Shown here: positions 12,698 to 25,879 of the stretch, piece by piece
Layout of the letters: every line of letters begins with the position of its first letter
Numbering within the stretch: the stretch's first letter is position 1
DNA from: Vicugna vicugna
Taxonomy: Eukaryota
Direction of reading: 5' to 3'
NCBI GenBank assembly: GCA_013265495.1
Contig: MU058213.1
Coordinates: forward strand, 4,526,001 to 4,590,000
DNA length: 64,000 bases
Program-made: the position numbers and the translations under genes
Notes under the pieces: generated by a model
Told to the model about the DNA's origin: nothing
The model's input: only the letters and a program-made list of their open reading frames with translations
The model's database searches: none

Positions 12698-13594
12698 GTA
12701 CTAGTCATCATCTTTTATGTCCATTAGAATTTATGTGCCAGGGAAATGTTGAAATGTTACAAAATATATGAATGCCCACCTCCTTTCATGTATTTATTTA
12801 TTCACATGGGTACAATGACTAGTTTCATTGGCACCTCAAAACATTTTATCATGAAAGTCAGTTTTGCTCTAATCAGGGAATATCCTATTAAAAGACTAGT
12901 GATGTTTAAAGGAAAATTTCAAGGTACATGACCCCTGCTCTCAAACATGTGGTAATAATATATTCCATCTAGCATACTCTAGGCATACTCTAATTTGCTA
13001 TTTGAAGAATGTTGAATGTGCCTAGCACAGGCAAAAAAGAAACACAAAACAGATGTGACAATGGAAATTTCAGCATAACTTGATGATTCCTGGATCACAG
13101 TACTGTCACATAAATACCATAATCAAGAGATCCATTTCTAATGGTTTGTTTGAAATAGAAAGGATACAAGTATTATTTACATTTATATTGATTATTTTCT
13201 CATTTTTCAATTCCAGTGGCATCATTTCTCTTGGAGATAATTATCTTGATGGGGACTATTTCTCCTTTATGCCTGTTAATCACACCTTTCTTTCCCATTC
13301 TGTTGAATCTGTTGGAATTTGTGCATTTATGCTAAGTAATTATATTGATATTATGCAGTCTTTTCATATACAGATCATATTGTCTGGTGATTAAAGCCTC
13401 TTTTCCTCACTTTTCTCCTTTATAAAGGAAGATATCAACTCTATTCAAAGAAGAATTTAACTTTTGAGGAGTCTGAAAATGTTGTCTTCTTGATTATAAA
13501 CATTGCTGAAAGATGCATGATCTTTGGCTTATTTAATACATTGATTACTTCATGTGTGCTCCAGCCTTGTTGAATGGGTTTTTCTTTTTAATGA

Positions 13595-16510
13595 AATATC
13601 AAAGGAAAATGAAAAGACCGTATAGCAAAATATTTGTATGAGATGCAGTAGAAGCAGTGATCAGAGGGAAATCTGCAGTTGAAAATGCCTGCATTAAAAA
13701 AGGAGAAGTATTTTAAATCAGTAACCTAACTTGATACCATAAGAACCTAGAAAAAGAAAAACAAACCAAACCTAAAGCCATCAGAAAGAAGAAAATAATT
13801 AGACCAGAAATTTTTAAAAATAGAAAATAGAAAAATAGTAGAACCAACCAAATCAAAAGTTGGTTCTCTGAAAAGTTAACAAAATTGACAAACCTTTAGC
13901 TATACTAGGAAAAAAAGAGTCTAATTACTAAAATTAGAAATGAAAATAGGAAGCATTACTACAATCTTACAAAAATAAAAGGATTATAAAAGAATACTAT
14001 AAACAATTCTATGCTAAAAAATTAGGCAATATAGATGCAATGGACAAATTTGTAGAAACATACACACTACCAAAATTGACTCAAGAAGAAATAGAAAAAT
14101 CTGAGCAGAGGTAAAACAAGTAAAGAGACTGAATCAGTAATAAAAATCTTCTCAAAGCCTGGGGCCACATGGTTTCACTAATGAATGCTACCAGTCATTT
14201 AAATGAGAATTTTTTAAAAATCCTTCTCAAACACTTCTTAACTCATTCAGGAAAGCCAGAATTACTCTGATACAAAACCAGGTAGAGATATCACAGGAAA
14301 AAGGAAACTACAGACCAATACCCTTTTTGTATATTAATAAAAATTCCTCTACAGAATACTAGCAAGCTAAAAATCAGCAGCGTATTAAAAGTATTATACA
14401 CCATGATGAAGTGGGTTTTATCTCAGGAATGTATTCAACATACAAGAACTGATCATTCATTGATTAGAATGAAGGGGAAAACCACTTGATCATCCCGCTT
14501 GATGCAGGAGAAGTATCTGACAGAAATCCAATACCCTTTCATGGTAAAAAGACTTCACAAACTACGAATCAGCAGGAACTTCCTCAACTTGATAAGGATC
14601 ATTAAAAAAAAAAAAGTGCTAATATTATGCTCAGTGGTAAAAGCATGAAAACTTTTTCCCCTAAGATCAAGAACAAGACAGAGATGTCCACTTTCACCAC
14701 TTATATTCAGCATTTTACTGTAAATTCTAAACAGAGCAATTAGGCAAGAAAAATAAATAAAAGACATCCAAATTGGAAACTATCAAATTATCCCTGTGTG
14801 CAGACGATATGATTTTTTATATAGAGAATCCACAATAAAACTATTAGAGCTAATAAATGAATTGAGGAAAGTTGCAAGACTCAAGATCAACACACAAAAG
14901 TTAGTTTTATTTTTTTACACTGATAGTGAACAAACCAAAAGTAAAATTAAGAAACAACTCCATTTACAGTAGTATCCAAAAAATAAAATACCTAGGAATA
15001 AATTTAACTACAAGATGTAAGACCTGTACACTGGAAGTTACAAAGCATTATTGCTGAAAGAAATTAAAAAAGACCTGAGTAAAAGAAAAATACTCAACGT
15101 TCATTGATCGGTGCTTGGAAGACTCAGTGTTGTTAAGATGGCAATACTCCCCAAAGCAATCTACAGATTCACTGCAATCCCTATCAAAAGTTCATTGGCA
15201 TCTTTTTACAGAAATGGAAAAGCTGATCCTCAAATTTATATGTAACTTCAAGAAATTCCACATAGCAAAAACAATACTGAAAAAGAAGAATGAAGTTGGA
15301 GTATGCACACTTTCCAATTTTAAACTTACTAGAAAGCTACAGTAACCAGAACAGTGTGGAACTGACATGTGGTAGACATACAGACCCATGTGACAGAATT
15401 GAAAGTCCAGATAGAAACCCAAACATCTATGACCAATTGATTTTTAACAGGGGTTCCAAGACCACTGAATTAGCAAATACTGTTTTCCTTCACAAATAGT
15501 GCTAGAACAGCTGGATATCCACATACCAAAAAAATGAAGCTGGATCCCTATCTTACACTGTCTCCAAAAGTTAACTCAAAGTAGATCAGTGATCTAAGTA
15601 TTAGAGCTAAAACTATAAACTCTTAGAAGAAAACATAGGGATAAATCTTCATTACCTTGGGTTTGGCAGTGGATTCTTAGATACAACATTAAAAGCACAA
15701 GAAACAAAGCTAAATTAGACTTGATCAATACTAAAAATTTTGTGCATCAAAGGTCATTATCAAGAAGAAAAGGCAGACTACAAAATGGGAGAAAGTATTT
15801 GCAAATTAGATGTCTGATAAGGGTCTAGTAGACAAAATGTAACTTATGAGAATTCTTGCAATACAGCAGCAAAAAGACAACCCAATTCAAGAATGGGCAA
15901 AAGACTTGAATAAACTTGAATTTTCCAAAGAAGATATACAAAGTACCATCAAGCCCTTGAATAGATGTTCAGCATCATTAGTCACCAGGGAAATGCAAAT
16001 CGCACACAGTAGATACCAATTCACACCCACGAGGATGGCTATAATTTAAAAACCAGAAAGTAACAAGTGTTGGTAAGGATGTAGAGAAATGAGAAACATC
16101 ATACAATTGCTGGTGGGAGTATAAAATTGTACAATCAAAGTGGAAGACGTTCGGCAATTTTTCAAAAAGTTTGACATAGAATTACCATGTAACTCAGGAA
16201 TCCCACTCTTAAGTATATACCCAAAAAGAGTTGAAAGCAGGTGGTCACATATTGTATGATTTCATTTATATAAAATATTCAGAATAAGAAAATTCGGAGA
16301 GGCAGAGGCAGATTAGTGGTTGTTAGGGGCTGGAGGAGGGGAGCAATGGAAGTGACTGCTGAATGGATATGAGTGTGCCTTTTGGGGTGATGAACACGTT
16401 CTGCACTAGACGGGGTTGGTTACACATTATGAATATACTGAATGTCACTGACAAGAAATACTAAAATGGTTAATTTTATGTTACGTTGATTCCACCTTGA
16501 TTTTTTAAGC
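13595..16510 (+). mobile_element. 5'-truncated L1 (L1MB-like): degenerate ORF2 and 3' UTR
   Basis: RT motif LSLCADDMIFYIENP (FADD) at about 14787-14832, with recognisable ORF2 throughout and many stops. L1MB-type 3' UTR (gattagtggttgttaggggctgg...ttttggggtgatgaa). Apparent internal deletion near 16240. Confidence 0.93.
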
Positions 16511-17054
16511 TGAAACATAAAAATTATTTAAGATTATTAAATAATATGACAACCTGAAATGAGAGTTTTTCTCATTTATCAAAATGGAGGCAGTGACTGG
16601 GGTAGTGTGACTACTGTTAGAAAATTGTACTGATTCTAGCCAGAGCTGAGGGCTGCGGTTCATTTCTCAGTACCTTTATGATACTCAGTAGCTGGAGGAC
16701 AGCTACTAAAAGTGCATTGATAGCAGTAAGGGGTATAAAATGTGCGGTAAGAGGATGGTAAACTTATCAGAGGAATCACAGCTCTTTTCATTTGAGAGCA
16801 TCTTCTTAAATGTATCCAATCCCCTTTCCAATTGAGGTTTTCTTTTCCCTCGGCTACCAGAAAACTTGGAAGCGGATTCTTCCAAATTAATTTCATTTGC
16901 TTTATAGTAGTCGCTGGGCTGGTAGGTCAGGACTGCTGAATCTCTGGTTTCAGGGAAGTACTTGACAGTCTCATGATGTCACTGGTATCCTGATGTTCCA
17001 TTTTTGTTATCACAGTATTTATGCCCAGATACTAGAAAGTCTAGCAAATATATT

Positions 17055-17650
17055 GGTTGACAGACTCAGAATCTAAAAATGAAAAGAATGATTATTGTGG
17101 ATCAAATATAACAAGATGAATTTTACCAGAGATAAATGTTAAGTCTTGTACTTGGAACCAAAAAATACAGACTGAACAAGGAAGCCATTGGAGGGACATG
17201 ACTTAATAGCATCATACACAATAAAGAGTATCTGGGTGTGATCACACTTAACCTCTCAGTATAAGCTAACTAGCACAAATGGGTTGTTGAAATTTAGTAG
17301 TATGCACTGGTAAGGCCATATCTGGGGCATTGTTCTCCATTCCTTTGACGATCAGAAAATAAATCTAGAGGTTTGTGTCAGGGATGATGAGGAGGACATT
17401 CAAACCATGTCATGGAACACAGTTGAAGATAACGAGAATGGCTGGACTTTAAAAATATCGGTACTCTTCAAACAATGAGAGCGCTCCAGAAAAGAAAAAA
17501 GGAATGGAAAAAGAATGGAACTGACTACCTTGCGTGGTCATGGAAGCTTTCAAGCAAAGACTGGATGACCATTTGTCAAAAATGTTCTTGGTGATTAAAG
17601 AGTAGAACTACATAGTAACTAAAGTGTCTTTCAACCCTAAGATTGTGTGG
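17055..17650 (+). mobile_element. L3/CR1 3' fragment
   Basis: aacaagatgaattttaccagagataaatgttaagtcttgtactt; gcactggtaaggccatatctgg; caagcaaagactggatgacc; tail tctttcaaccctaagattgtg. Confidence 0.8.
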
Positions 17651-17870
17651 ATCTACGTAATTACTAGAAAGCAAACAACATGAGGATAGGGAAGAAAAGA
17701 AAATACAGGTTTAAACAAACTGTCTAATAGAATTCAGTTAAGTGCTTGGATACTTCCTAAATTGAAGGCATTGTTGAAGTTACTATAAATAATTCAGAAG
17801 TGATGACATTTTCAGGTTTGGGTCTATTATCAGTGAGAAGATAACTTGTTTCCTTGGCCTTATTTTATAG

Positions 17871-18006
17871 TCTAGTCTCCTGAGACAAGATCTAGGGCTT
17901 GGAAGCCCAGCACAACTCTCTTCTTCTGGAAAACCTGGGACACCATACTACTCATTCTCTGCCACAAGTTCCAGGAGAAGACCACTCCATGACTCTGCAG
18001 CACTTG
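17871..18006 (+). CDS. TCF12: TCF12/HEB internal coding exon (human exon 7 equivalent), 136 nt
   Basis: Acceptor ttttatag| and donor G|gtaagt. Translates [45 protein letters not shown](D), recognised as HEB. Phase 0 to phase 1, joins the next exon in frame. Confidence 0.97.
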
Positions 18007-18539
18007 GTAAGTGTATCACACAACAAATCCCATCTTAAAAATGTTTCTTTCCACCGCCCCTGCATAGTCTACAATTCTGGCTATAGTTTTAATTAGAAGA
18101 AATTTGATTTCTTTGATATCATGATAATATAAGGGCTCATTTGCGTAAAATACTGTATCAGATACTTAATAAACAATTTAATACTTTTATTTGGTCATCA
18201 GTATAAGAGGAACTTAATTGTGAAAAACAGGACTTTAAAAAATGGAACTAGTTTTTCCTCTTATAATAAAAATATCAGGTGCTAATATTAATACCTTTTT
18301 CTTAACTAAACTTGATATAATGAACAGTTAATTTTGCAAAGTGATTTTATAGTATGCATTCTCATCTCACCAGTACAGCAGCCCTGCTAGTCAGTGAACA
18401 TAATACTAGACTTAACATAATATTGAGGCTCAAAAGAGGACACATTCGTATAACTAGTAGGTGTCTTACACAGGATAAAATGTAAGATTTTCTGACTCCA
18501 AGTCCAGTGTTCTTTGCATATTAATTGCTCTACTCCCAC

Positions 18540-18700
18540 TTTTTAAAAATTTGAGGTAAAATTAACATAACATAAAATTATCCATATTAAAGTGTACAAG
18601 TCAGTGACATTTAGTATATTCACAGTGCTGTGCAACCATCATCTCTACCTAGTTCCAAAACATCACCTCAAAAGGAAACTCAGTAACTATCAAAGCATGC
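18540..18700 (-). mobile_element. L1 (L1MB-like) 3' end
   Basis: ttgaggtaaaattaacataacataaaatt...aaagtgtacaagtcagtgacatttagtatattcacagtgctgtgcaaccatc. Confidence 0.8.
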
Positions 18701-19519
18701 AACTCTCATTTTCTTTAGCTTCCTTCTTTCATGTCTTCTATGTAGCCTAACCAGCCAGCCTGCTTTATGTTGCTGCTTACAGTAAGCTTCAGGTATACTT
18801 TGACACCCTATCCAATCAGTGTTTAAATGTGGGAATTTTTGGTTATTCCTACCAAGGAATCCTTTATATAAGGAAATTAAATTTGTAAAGCATATTTATG
18901 TTAAGGATAGGCCAACTTCTAAAAGAAACATGGTCCACCAAAAGAAAATACGTCCCAGTTATTCATTCTGCAAATACTTGTTGACTGCATCTAGTTTATA
19001 TTATCTACCTTCTGTCAAACCTAAAGTTTGGTAAAATACCCCTCGCCTTTGGGTTTAGAGTATGCATAAAAGGGCACAATGATGGATTGTTGTATTAGGC
19101 ATAGAGAGTCTGGTTATATGTGCCCACCTCTCAGTATTATGGACGGTTTAGTGTATGTGCTGTTGGAGTAAGCCCAGATAATTTAGACCAATATACTTTT
19201 TGTTACTAAGGAAATGGTAAGTTAAAGTAGCATTTTCAGTCTCCACTTTTGTTTCCCACCAAATTAGTTAGTCAGGGTAAGAATGTTCTTTTGAGTCTAG
19301 ATGTATCAGCGTCACTCTAGAAAAATATCTTGTTAGTGTGCTATGTGAGCACACATTATGACAGAAAGCGCTAATGTAGACCAATATACGATTACTAAAA
19401 ATTGTGGGAAGCAATGAACTATTGAAATATCCAGGAAGGAGGGTGTGGATTTCATTAAAAACTCAAGCTTTCCAAAACTTAAAACATATATTCTTCATTT
19501 TCATTTTGATTATGATAAT

Positions 19520-19680
19520 GATAGGTACTATGGATTGTCTCTTCTGTGCCAGGTACTATGTTATACATATTATTACATCTCTATAGAAGCTCTCTGAGGT
19601 TATAATACTAAACTCATGTTACAAATAAGGAACCAAGACCCAGGAAGCTAAGTAACTTAGCCAAGGCTTGGTACCCAGGG
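19520..19680 (-). mobile_element. MIR
   Basis: ctgtgccaggtact...ttacaaataaggaaccaagacccaggaagctaagtaacttagccaagg. Confidence 0.65.
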
Positions 19681-19836
19681 AGGCCCATCTCCTGTGTGAA
19701 TACCATTTAGTGAATACTAGTCTTCATTGTTACTTCTCAGTCTTAAAAACTTTGTTGGCATTGCAGTTATTCATAAAGCTCTGAAGGGACTTCAGAGATA
19801 GTCTATACCAACTTTAGTATCTTTTCAAGCTATTTA

Positions 19837-19943
19837 TTTACTTATTTGTTTGTTTGTTTTATTGGAGGCACTAGGGATTGAACCCAGGACCTTGTGTATG
19901 CTAAGCATACACGCTACCACTGAGCTATATATATCTTTCCCCC
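19837..19943 (-). mobile_element. tRNA-Ala-derived SINE (camelid Vic-1-like) with TSD
   Basis: Reverse complement: ggggg...atatagctcagtggtagcgtgtatgcttagcatacacaaggtcctgggttcaatccctagtgcctccaataaa plus an A-rich tail. TSD ttttcaagctattta (19822-19836) and tttccaggctattta (19944-19958). Confidence 0.85.
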
Positions 19944-20039
19944 TTTCCAGGCTATTTAGATGCTTTAGAAAATCATTCTGCAAAATAGTATCTCACTTAT
20001 CTAATTTATAATAATTTTGCTACAGATTTTAATATAAAT

Positions 20040-20250
20040 GTAATAATGGCTAAGGTTTATTATGTCACTTTCTGTTAGGCAGAGCCCTGGTCATCTTTCA
20101 CGTATTATATTTATTGCAATAACTTCAAGAGGTTATTGTAGGTAACTAAAGTTCAAAGAGGTGGTAACTTGCCCAAGCTCACGTAACTGCTGTATGATGG
20201 AGCTGAATTTGAATCCACCTAGCTTGCTCTCCTAACTGTTATGCTTTGCA
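20040..20250 (-). mobile_element. MIR
   Basis: aactaaagttcaaagaggtggtaacttgcccaagctcacgtaact...ggagctgaatttgaatcc. Confidence 0.65.
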
Positions 20251-21870
20251 TCCTCCTGAAAGTGAACTCTGGATCCCAAATTCATGATTTTGAATCCAAC
20301 ATTATGTATGTAATTGTACAGTGGCAGCTAATAATGAGATTAAAAATATAAAAGAAAAAATTTCCATTCCCACAGCAGGGAGAAACTGTCCTAATCTAAA
20401 TAGCAACATCTTCTACTGGCAGTTACCCCAGAACAGAGTGATGGGCTCCACACTGATAGAACAGTTCAGTTGACTCTTGGTGTAGAGTGTGGTTTTTGCT
20501 TCAACGGTACTGTATTAGTTGCGAAGAGTTGGGTTTTAGAAAAGCCTCACAAAGAACAGAAATATTGCCTCTAAGTTTTATAATTTCAGAGGGTGCCAAA
20601 TGTTTATCTCTGGCGCTTCTGTTTTCAGGAAATACAGGTTGCCTCTTGGGGTAAGGACTTAGATGCTAATGAATGTTTTTTTCCCATTTTTATTGTGTAA
20701 AATTTTCCCCATGCTACTTATGAAGTTGCTTTTTTAGCTTTACAGCCTCTTGGGATATTCACTATAAAGATTCCCAGCCTCAATGTAAATGGGTTTCATT
20801 CTTAAACAACTGCTTGTCTTATTGCATCGTATCATTTATGACCCAGGAAAATACCGTTTTTATGGTTCCAGTTTTTACAGTTTTCAAGAACATTGTGCTG
20901 AATATCACCCTTCTTATGTGTTCTCTCTTCTTCATAGTGAATGCCTCTGAAAATCCTGAATTTGATCCATTATTTGCATAAGATTGGAAAGCTCCACTTA
21001 GTTCCATTTTTTTTATAATAAGTAACACAAACAAGTTTTAGATTTAAAATTTTACAGATAAGTAAAATTAAAATACCAACTGAGGCTGGTTAGGCATATG
21101 AAAATACTCATGTTCTCATTTATATTAATAAATAATTTATTTCTTGGATATAAATACAAAAATCCAAGGATAAATTGTACAATAATTAGCGCTGAAGTTG
21201 CAGTTTTAACTACACATTGTTAGAGTAAATGTTCTTTTAAAATACTTACAGGATGATACTGTAAATGAGTGTCCTTATTTGATAGTGTATATGGCATAAC
21301 TTTGATATAATAATTTTTCAGTTATTAAATTTTATTTCAAATTTTTAACTTAAAATAATTTGTAGCATAGCATTAGATTTTAGTCAATTTAATATGCTTT
21401 TAATCCAAATTTTCAGTGTGATATGGACACTAAATTTTATCTCTCTTAAGGAGTCATATTATTAAAGTGACCTGTTGCACCAAATGCCCCTCTGCAGGTG
21501 AAACTGAGAAAAATGATGTAAATAATGCCTAATATGGAGCCTAACACATAATGAGTATTTAAGAAATATTAATTCCCTTTTCACACACGTGCTTATTGGT
21601 TTGTTATTTTCTCTCTTGTTTTCCTTTGTCTGCTGTAATCTTCTCAGATTTATGAAATATGTTTATTTCAGAATATACACTTCGTTAGGAGAACCTGTTT
21701 TGCACTGGGAGCAGTTAGAGAGAATGAAGCCCCCATCCCTGTATTCTCGTGTTTACTCCCAAATATTGGAAAACAAGAAAAATACTAGGAAGAAAAATTC
21801 TTTTCTGCTGATTTGAAGTCTGAACTTTTGTAATATAAATGCTGATTAAATATACTGTTTCCATGTGCAG

Positions 21871-21923
21871 ATCCTTTGCAAGCAAAGAAAGTCAGAAAGG
21901 TGCCTCCTGGTTTGCCTTCTTCT
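21871..21923 (+). CDS. TCF12: TCF12 internal coding exon (exon 8 equivalent), 53 nt, E-protein NLS KKVRK
   Basis: Acceptor tttccatgtgcag| and donor TCT|gtaagt. Translates (D)PLQAKKVRKVPPGLPSS, the conserved E-protein KKVRKVPPGLPSS motif. Confidence 0.98.
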
Positions 21924-24900
21924 GTAAGTACTGATTGTTTTTTTTACTTTGTGGTAAACAAACTGAATTCAAATATTCAGTATTTGCTGGCTCTAAGGAT
22001 ACATTCGATTGGTGTCAGTAGGCACGTTTCACGTACTAACAATTCTCTGCTTAACGGAATCATTGGTTGAGTTAAATCCGAATTCAGTCTTAGGGTTTTA
22101 GATTTCTCTGCAGTGATTTGTAGTTTACTCATATGCTTTTACTCCATGTCCCTGTCACTTGAATTCCTCTCTTGGGAAAGGACTAGGCCGGTAGCTGTCA
22201 AAGAAGATCTCCTGTACAGGTCTTTTGATGTTTAATTAGTCATTATGTTGCTGAACAGGAGGACAGACAGAGATTAATAGCTGAGAATCTTAGAAATTTA
22301 CATTTGTAATAATCCCAATGGAGCTAAAGACATTAAGATTCGGAGGACATGTTCGGCTCAGCTTGCCTCAGTAGGACTGAGGTTATTAATATGCATAAAT
22401 CACCAAGTCATATGTTCATTGTGAAGCCCTTGTGGATTTTAAAGCCTTCATTAAGCCTTTCCTAACTTCAGCCTAGCATCAGGAAAGCTTTCAAGCAACT
22501 AGTTTGTTGATCCCTCTTTGCTCAAAAATGTATCCTTTGAGAATAAAGAGCTTTCATGAAGGAGGTTGGAAAGGTTTGGTGAACAGTCATTAATGTCCAT
22601 GATAATCTAATGCTGTAGGGGTGTTTGTGCTATTAAATATACTTCATTCTTTTAAAGAGTAAAAGTATTTGTAAATGAACCTACATCATAAATCCACCTA
22701 CATTTTAAAAATCCCTGGTGTGAGGAGGGGAGATTTTTTTTCCCTCTGCCTTTGCTTGGAACAAATAGGGAGTGAGGCTTTTGGATTGAGGCCCCATTCC
22801 TTGTAGGGTACATCTCTTTGTTGTGTAAATGGATGTTGGGCTTTTATTTGGCAGTACTTAACACATGGGCGCAGGTGCTGCTGGATGAGTCACAGCTCAT
22901 CGAAGTATACACTGAATGGATATCCGGCTTGGCAAGTAGTAGTCTAGAAGGAGCCGCATGGGTCTGAGGTTTTTATTTTTCATTAAGGCTGAGGTAGAGA
23001 TATCATCTTTTTGGTTGTTTGCCTTCCTTCTTTCCTATGTTCTTCCCCCACCTTCTCTTCCGTGTGATACATGAAAACTCGAATTTGAAATCCTCTTTGA
23101 AACTCAGTTCCAGATGGATCTGAGTTTTATGCAGCCTAGGGCAGCTGTGCTCTGAACCTGCAGCCTACCTGGAAGGTTGGATTGCAGCTGCAGGCATTCT
23201 TAAAAGCTTTCGCTTGCATAAGCACTTGGACCCACTAGAGGCTGAATAGCTGCTTGATAAACAAAATGAACACAATGCCTCAAATCATTATTCCCGAAGA
23301 CAGGATTTTTTTTTCAGCAACAGCTAAAAATAGTTGGGTAATTTACATTTTAACTGTTGTGTGCTATGCACGAGTAGGTGGTTCAACAGTATAACATGAT
23401 TTCTGCTAGATTAACAGAAATCATATTTAAAACTGACAGAATTGCTTAAACATGTAACTGTGCAGTTTTTTTGGTAACTTATTGCTATAATTCTGTGAGA
23501 GTAATAGTTAAATTACATATTAATATTTAGTAGAACTACATAATGTGAAAAAAAATACCAGATTAGTGAATGAAAGGTTTATCTCATTTCTTTGCATGAC
23601 ATTAATTTTAAGAAAGTATATTTTTGATGTTTCATAATTCTTTCATTTTTTTAAAACAAAAGGGCAGAATGGAGAGAACATCCTGGAAAGAGAATAGACA
23701 CTGGAGGTCGCCATGTACCTTATAATCCTAATCATAACCTGGAGGTAGTTCTCTATATTGTCTCAGGTATTAAGGACAAGCCCTAGAGAAGGAGAAAGTG
23801 ACTGAATTCTGATGAAACTTTGATTTCTTTGAGAACCATTAGGAAATTTCACAAGCCAAGCCAACTTGTATATTATACTACTAGCTTCTTTATTTGAGAT
23901 TTATTACATATTAGTACAGAAAATAGTAGAAATCATTATGTTCAATTCTGTACTTCACATCAGCATCAAACATGATCATACTGCTTTGGAACTATGCTGA
24001 AAATAGTGCTTAAATATATTGAATGCTATTAAGGATATATAAATGATAAATGCATTTTAATTAATGGAAAGTATATTTTAGATTAAATCATGTTGAAATC
24101 TCAAGTTTTTAAAAGAGAAAATTTTCTTTAAACTTTAAAAACAGGTACTTTTATAATTAATACCAAAATAATAAACTTCTGAGAGCACTATGTGGTTTCA
24201 CTACTTACCTTTTCGGTATTTAAAACAAATGGGAATTTAAAGTAATGGTTTTCTCTTTGAGTGGTTTTAGTGAAACATATGTAATTCATAGGCCTTTAAC
24301 AATGTGAATTCTTTTTTGAAAATGGACTGTGTATATTTTATTTCATGATTATTTGAATATCCTGCTTCCCATACTAGAAACTTGACAGTAACATCTCAGG
24401 TATCACAGTTTGCTGCTTGTCCAGTCTGTCTTTAGTCATCTGTAAAATGCATGTTACCTTTACTAAGGAAAGAATTAAAGAGCTAGATTATATTACACTG
24501 CTCATACCACTAGAAAAATAATAGGCACGGTTGCCTGACATGCAGAGCATTGATGATCTACATAATTTGACCATAGAGCGTTGGTTAGAGGCCTTTTCTT
24601 TTTATAAGCCATGATGTATATTTAGATATCATAAGTACAAACCTTAGCTCCTCTGTTCTTCTCTGTAGAACAAGTGAATAGTAACTTCTGTCTGTGGATG
24701 AAGGTCTGATAAGGGTGTATTGACATTACTGAAGCAGTATGGTCAGTAAGATCAAGAGAATGATCTTCTCAAATCTGCTGTTTTAGTTATTGATTGGTGT
24801 TGGCTGTGGACTTGTCAGTCAGCCCTTAGGAAGTTTGGACTGGGAAGTCTGAAGTTCCTTTCAGGTCTCAAATGCTAGATTCTTAGGGTTTTAAAATGAA

Positions 24901-25879
24901 TATGTTCAATACATAACTGAAAGGTATAATGGATATAGTTTTCTTCCTACTGATGAAGAAATAGTCTTCTTAAGCACGTCAAGTTTTCCAGTTATTTCTC
25001 TAGACAGGTTAAAATAGTGAACAAAGTGAACTTCTGTAGCAACAAAGATAGAATGATGACTGGACATTGAATTCAAATATATATACACACCATCATTGCC
25101 TGCGGTGAACCTACTGTCTAGTGTGAGAAACATGCGTCCAATGAATTAATTATATATATTTCAGTGAGGCAAATAAAGGTGTATGCCAAGTACTCTGGAA
25201 TACAGTAGGTAGAATCAGCCCTGCATTGAGAAGTACTAATGGCCTCGGGAGTTAACATTTAAGCTGTGTCTGGGAAGATTAGTAGTAGTTCATACAGGTA
25301 AAAAGCATAGACATATGAAAAAAATAGACATTCTCAGACCACATTCAGAAGTACAGCACTACTGAGTTCTACACCAGATACCGCCTTTATCCTTTCCTGT
25401 AGCAGTCCCACTCTCCCATTCCAGAGGTGACTGAGGATCACGTAACGCCAGCTCAGATATGAAAGGGATAAACTATCATAGTGGTCTACCCTGGCTAAAA
25501 GCCTTAAGTATCCTGGGCACTGGATAATAGGAGGCGTTTGTAGCTGTTAAGGTTATCTGGGAGTCTTTCTGAAGGCATGGGTGTACTTTGGCTTTGTGAG
25601 GTGGTTTCCTTTTTAGGGTTTCTGAATCTTCCCTTTCCTTCTCTAACTGCCAACTGTAGTCTTTGTTCTTTGTGTGTACATCAGCTGCTTTTTTTTTTAA
25701 TCTATATCAGGTTTTTATTAAGATAAAACATTTAAGGAAACTTTGAAGCACTGGGTTGGGATTGGGGGCAATTGTGTTTTTTTCTTAGTAATTTGTGGGA
25801 AAAATCAAAACATTTGCACAATATATTTGTTAGCATCCTTTACAACCTCAACGTTACTCTGTATCTTACATGTGTGTGG

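Noticed and set aside
19860..19943. tRNA-Ala gene
   Set aside because: A-rich tail, TSD and a disrupted acceptor stem identify it as a SINE, not a functional tRNA.
21876..22070. Track ORFs overlapping exons (also 39731-39940, 51663-51887, 52109-52321)
   Set aside because: These are TCF12 exons read through into intron, not independent genes.
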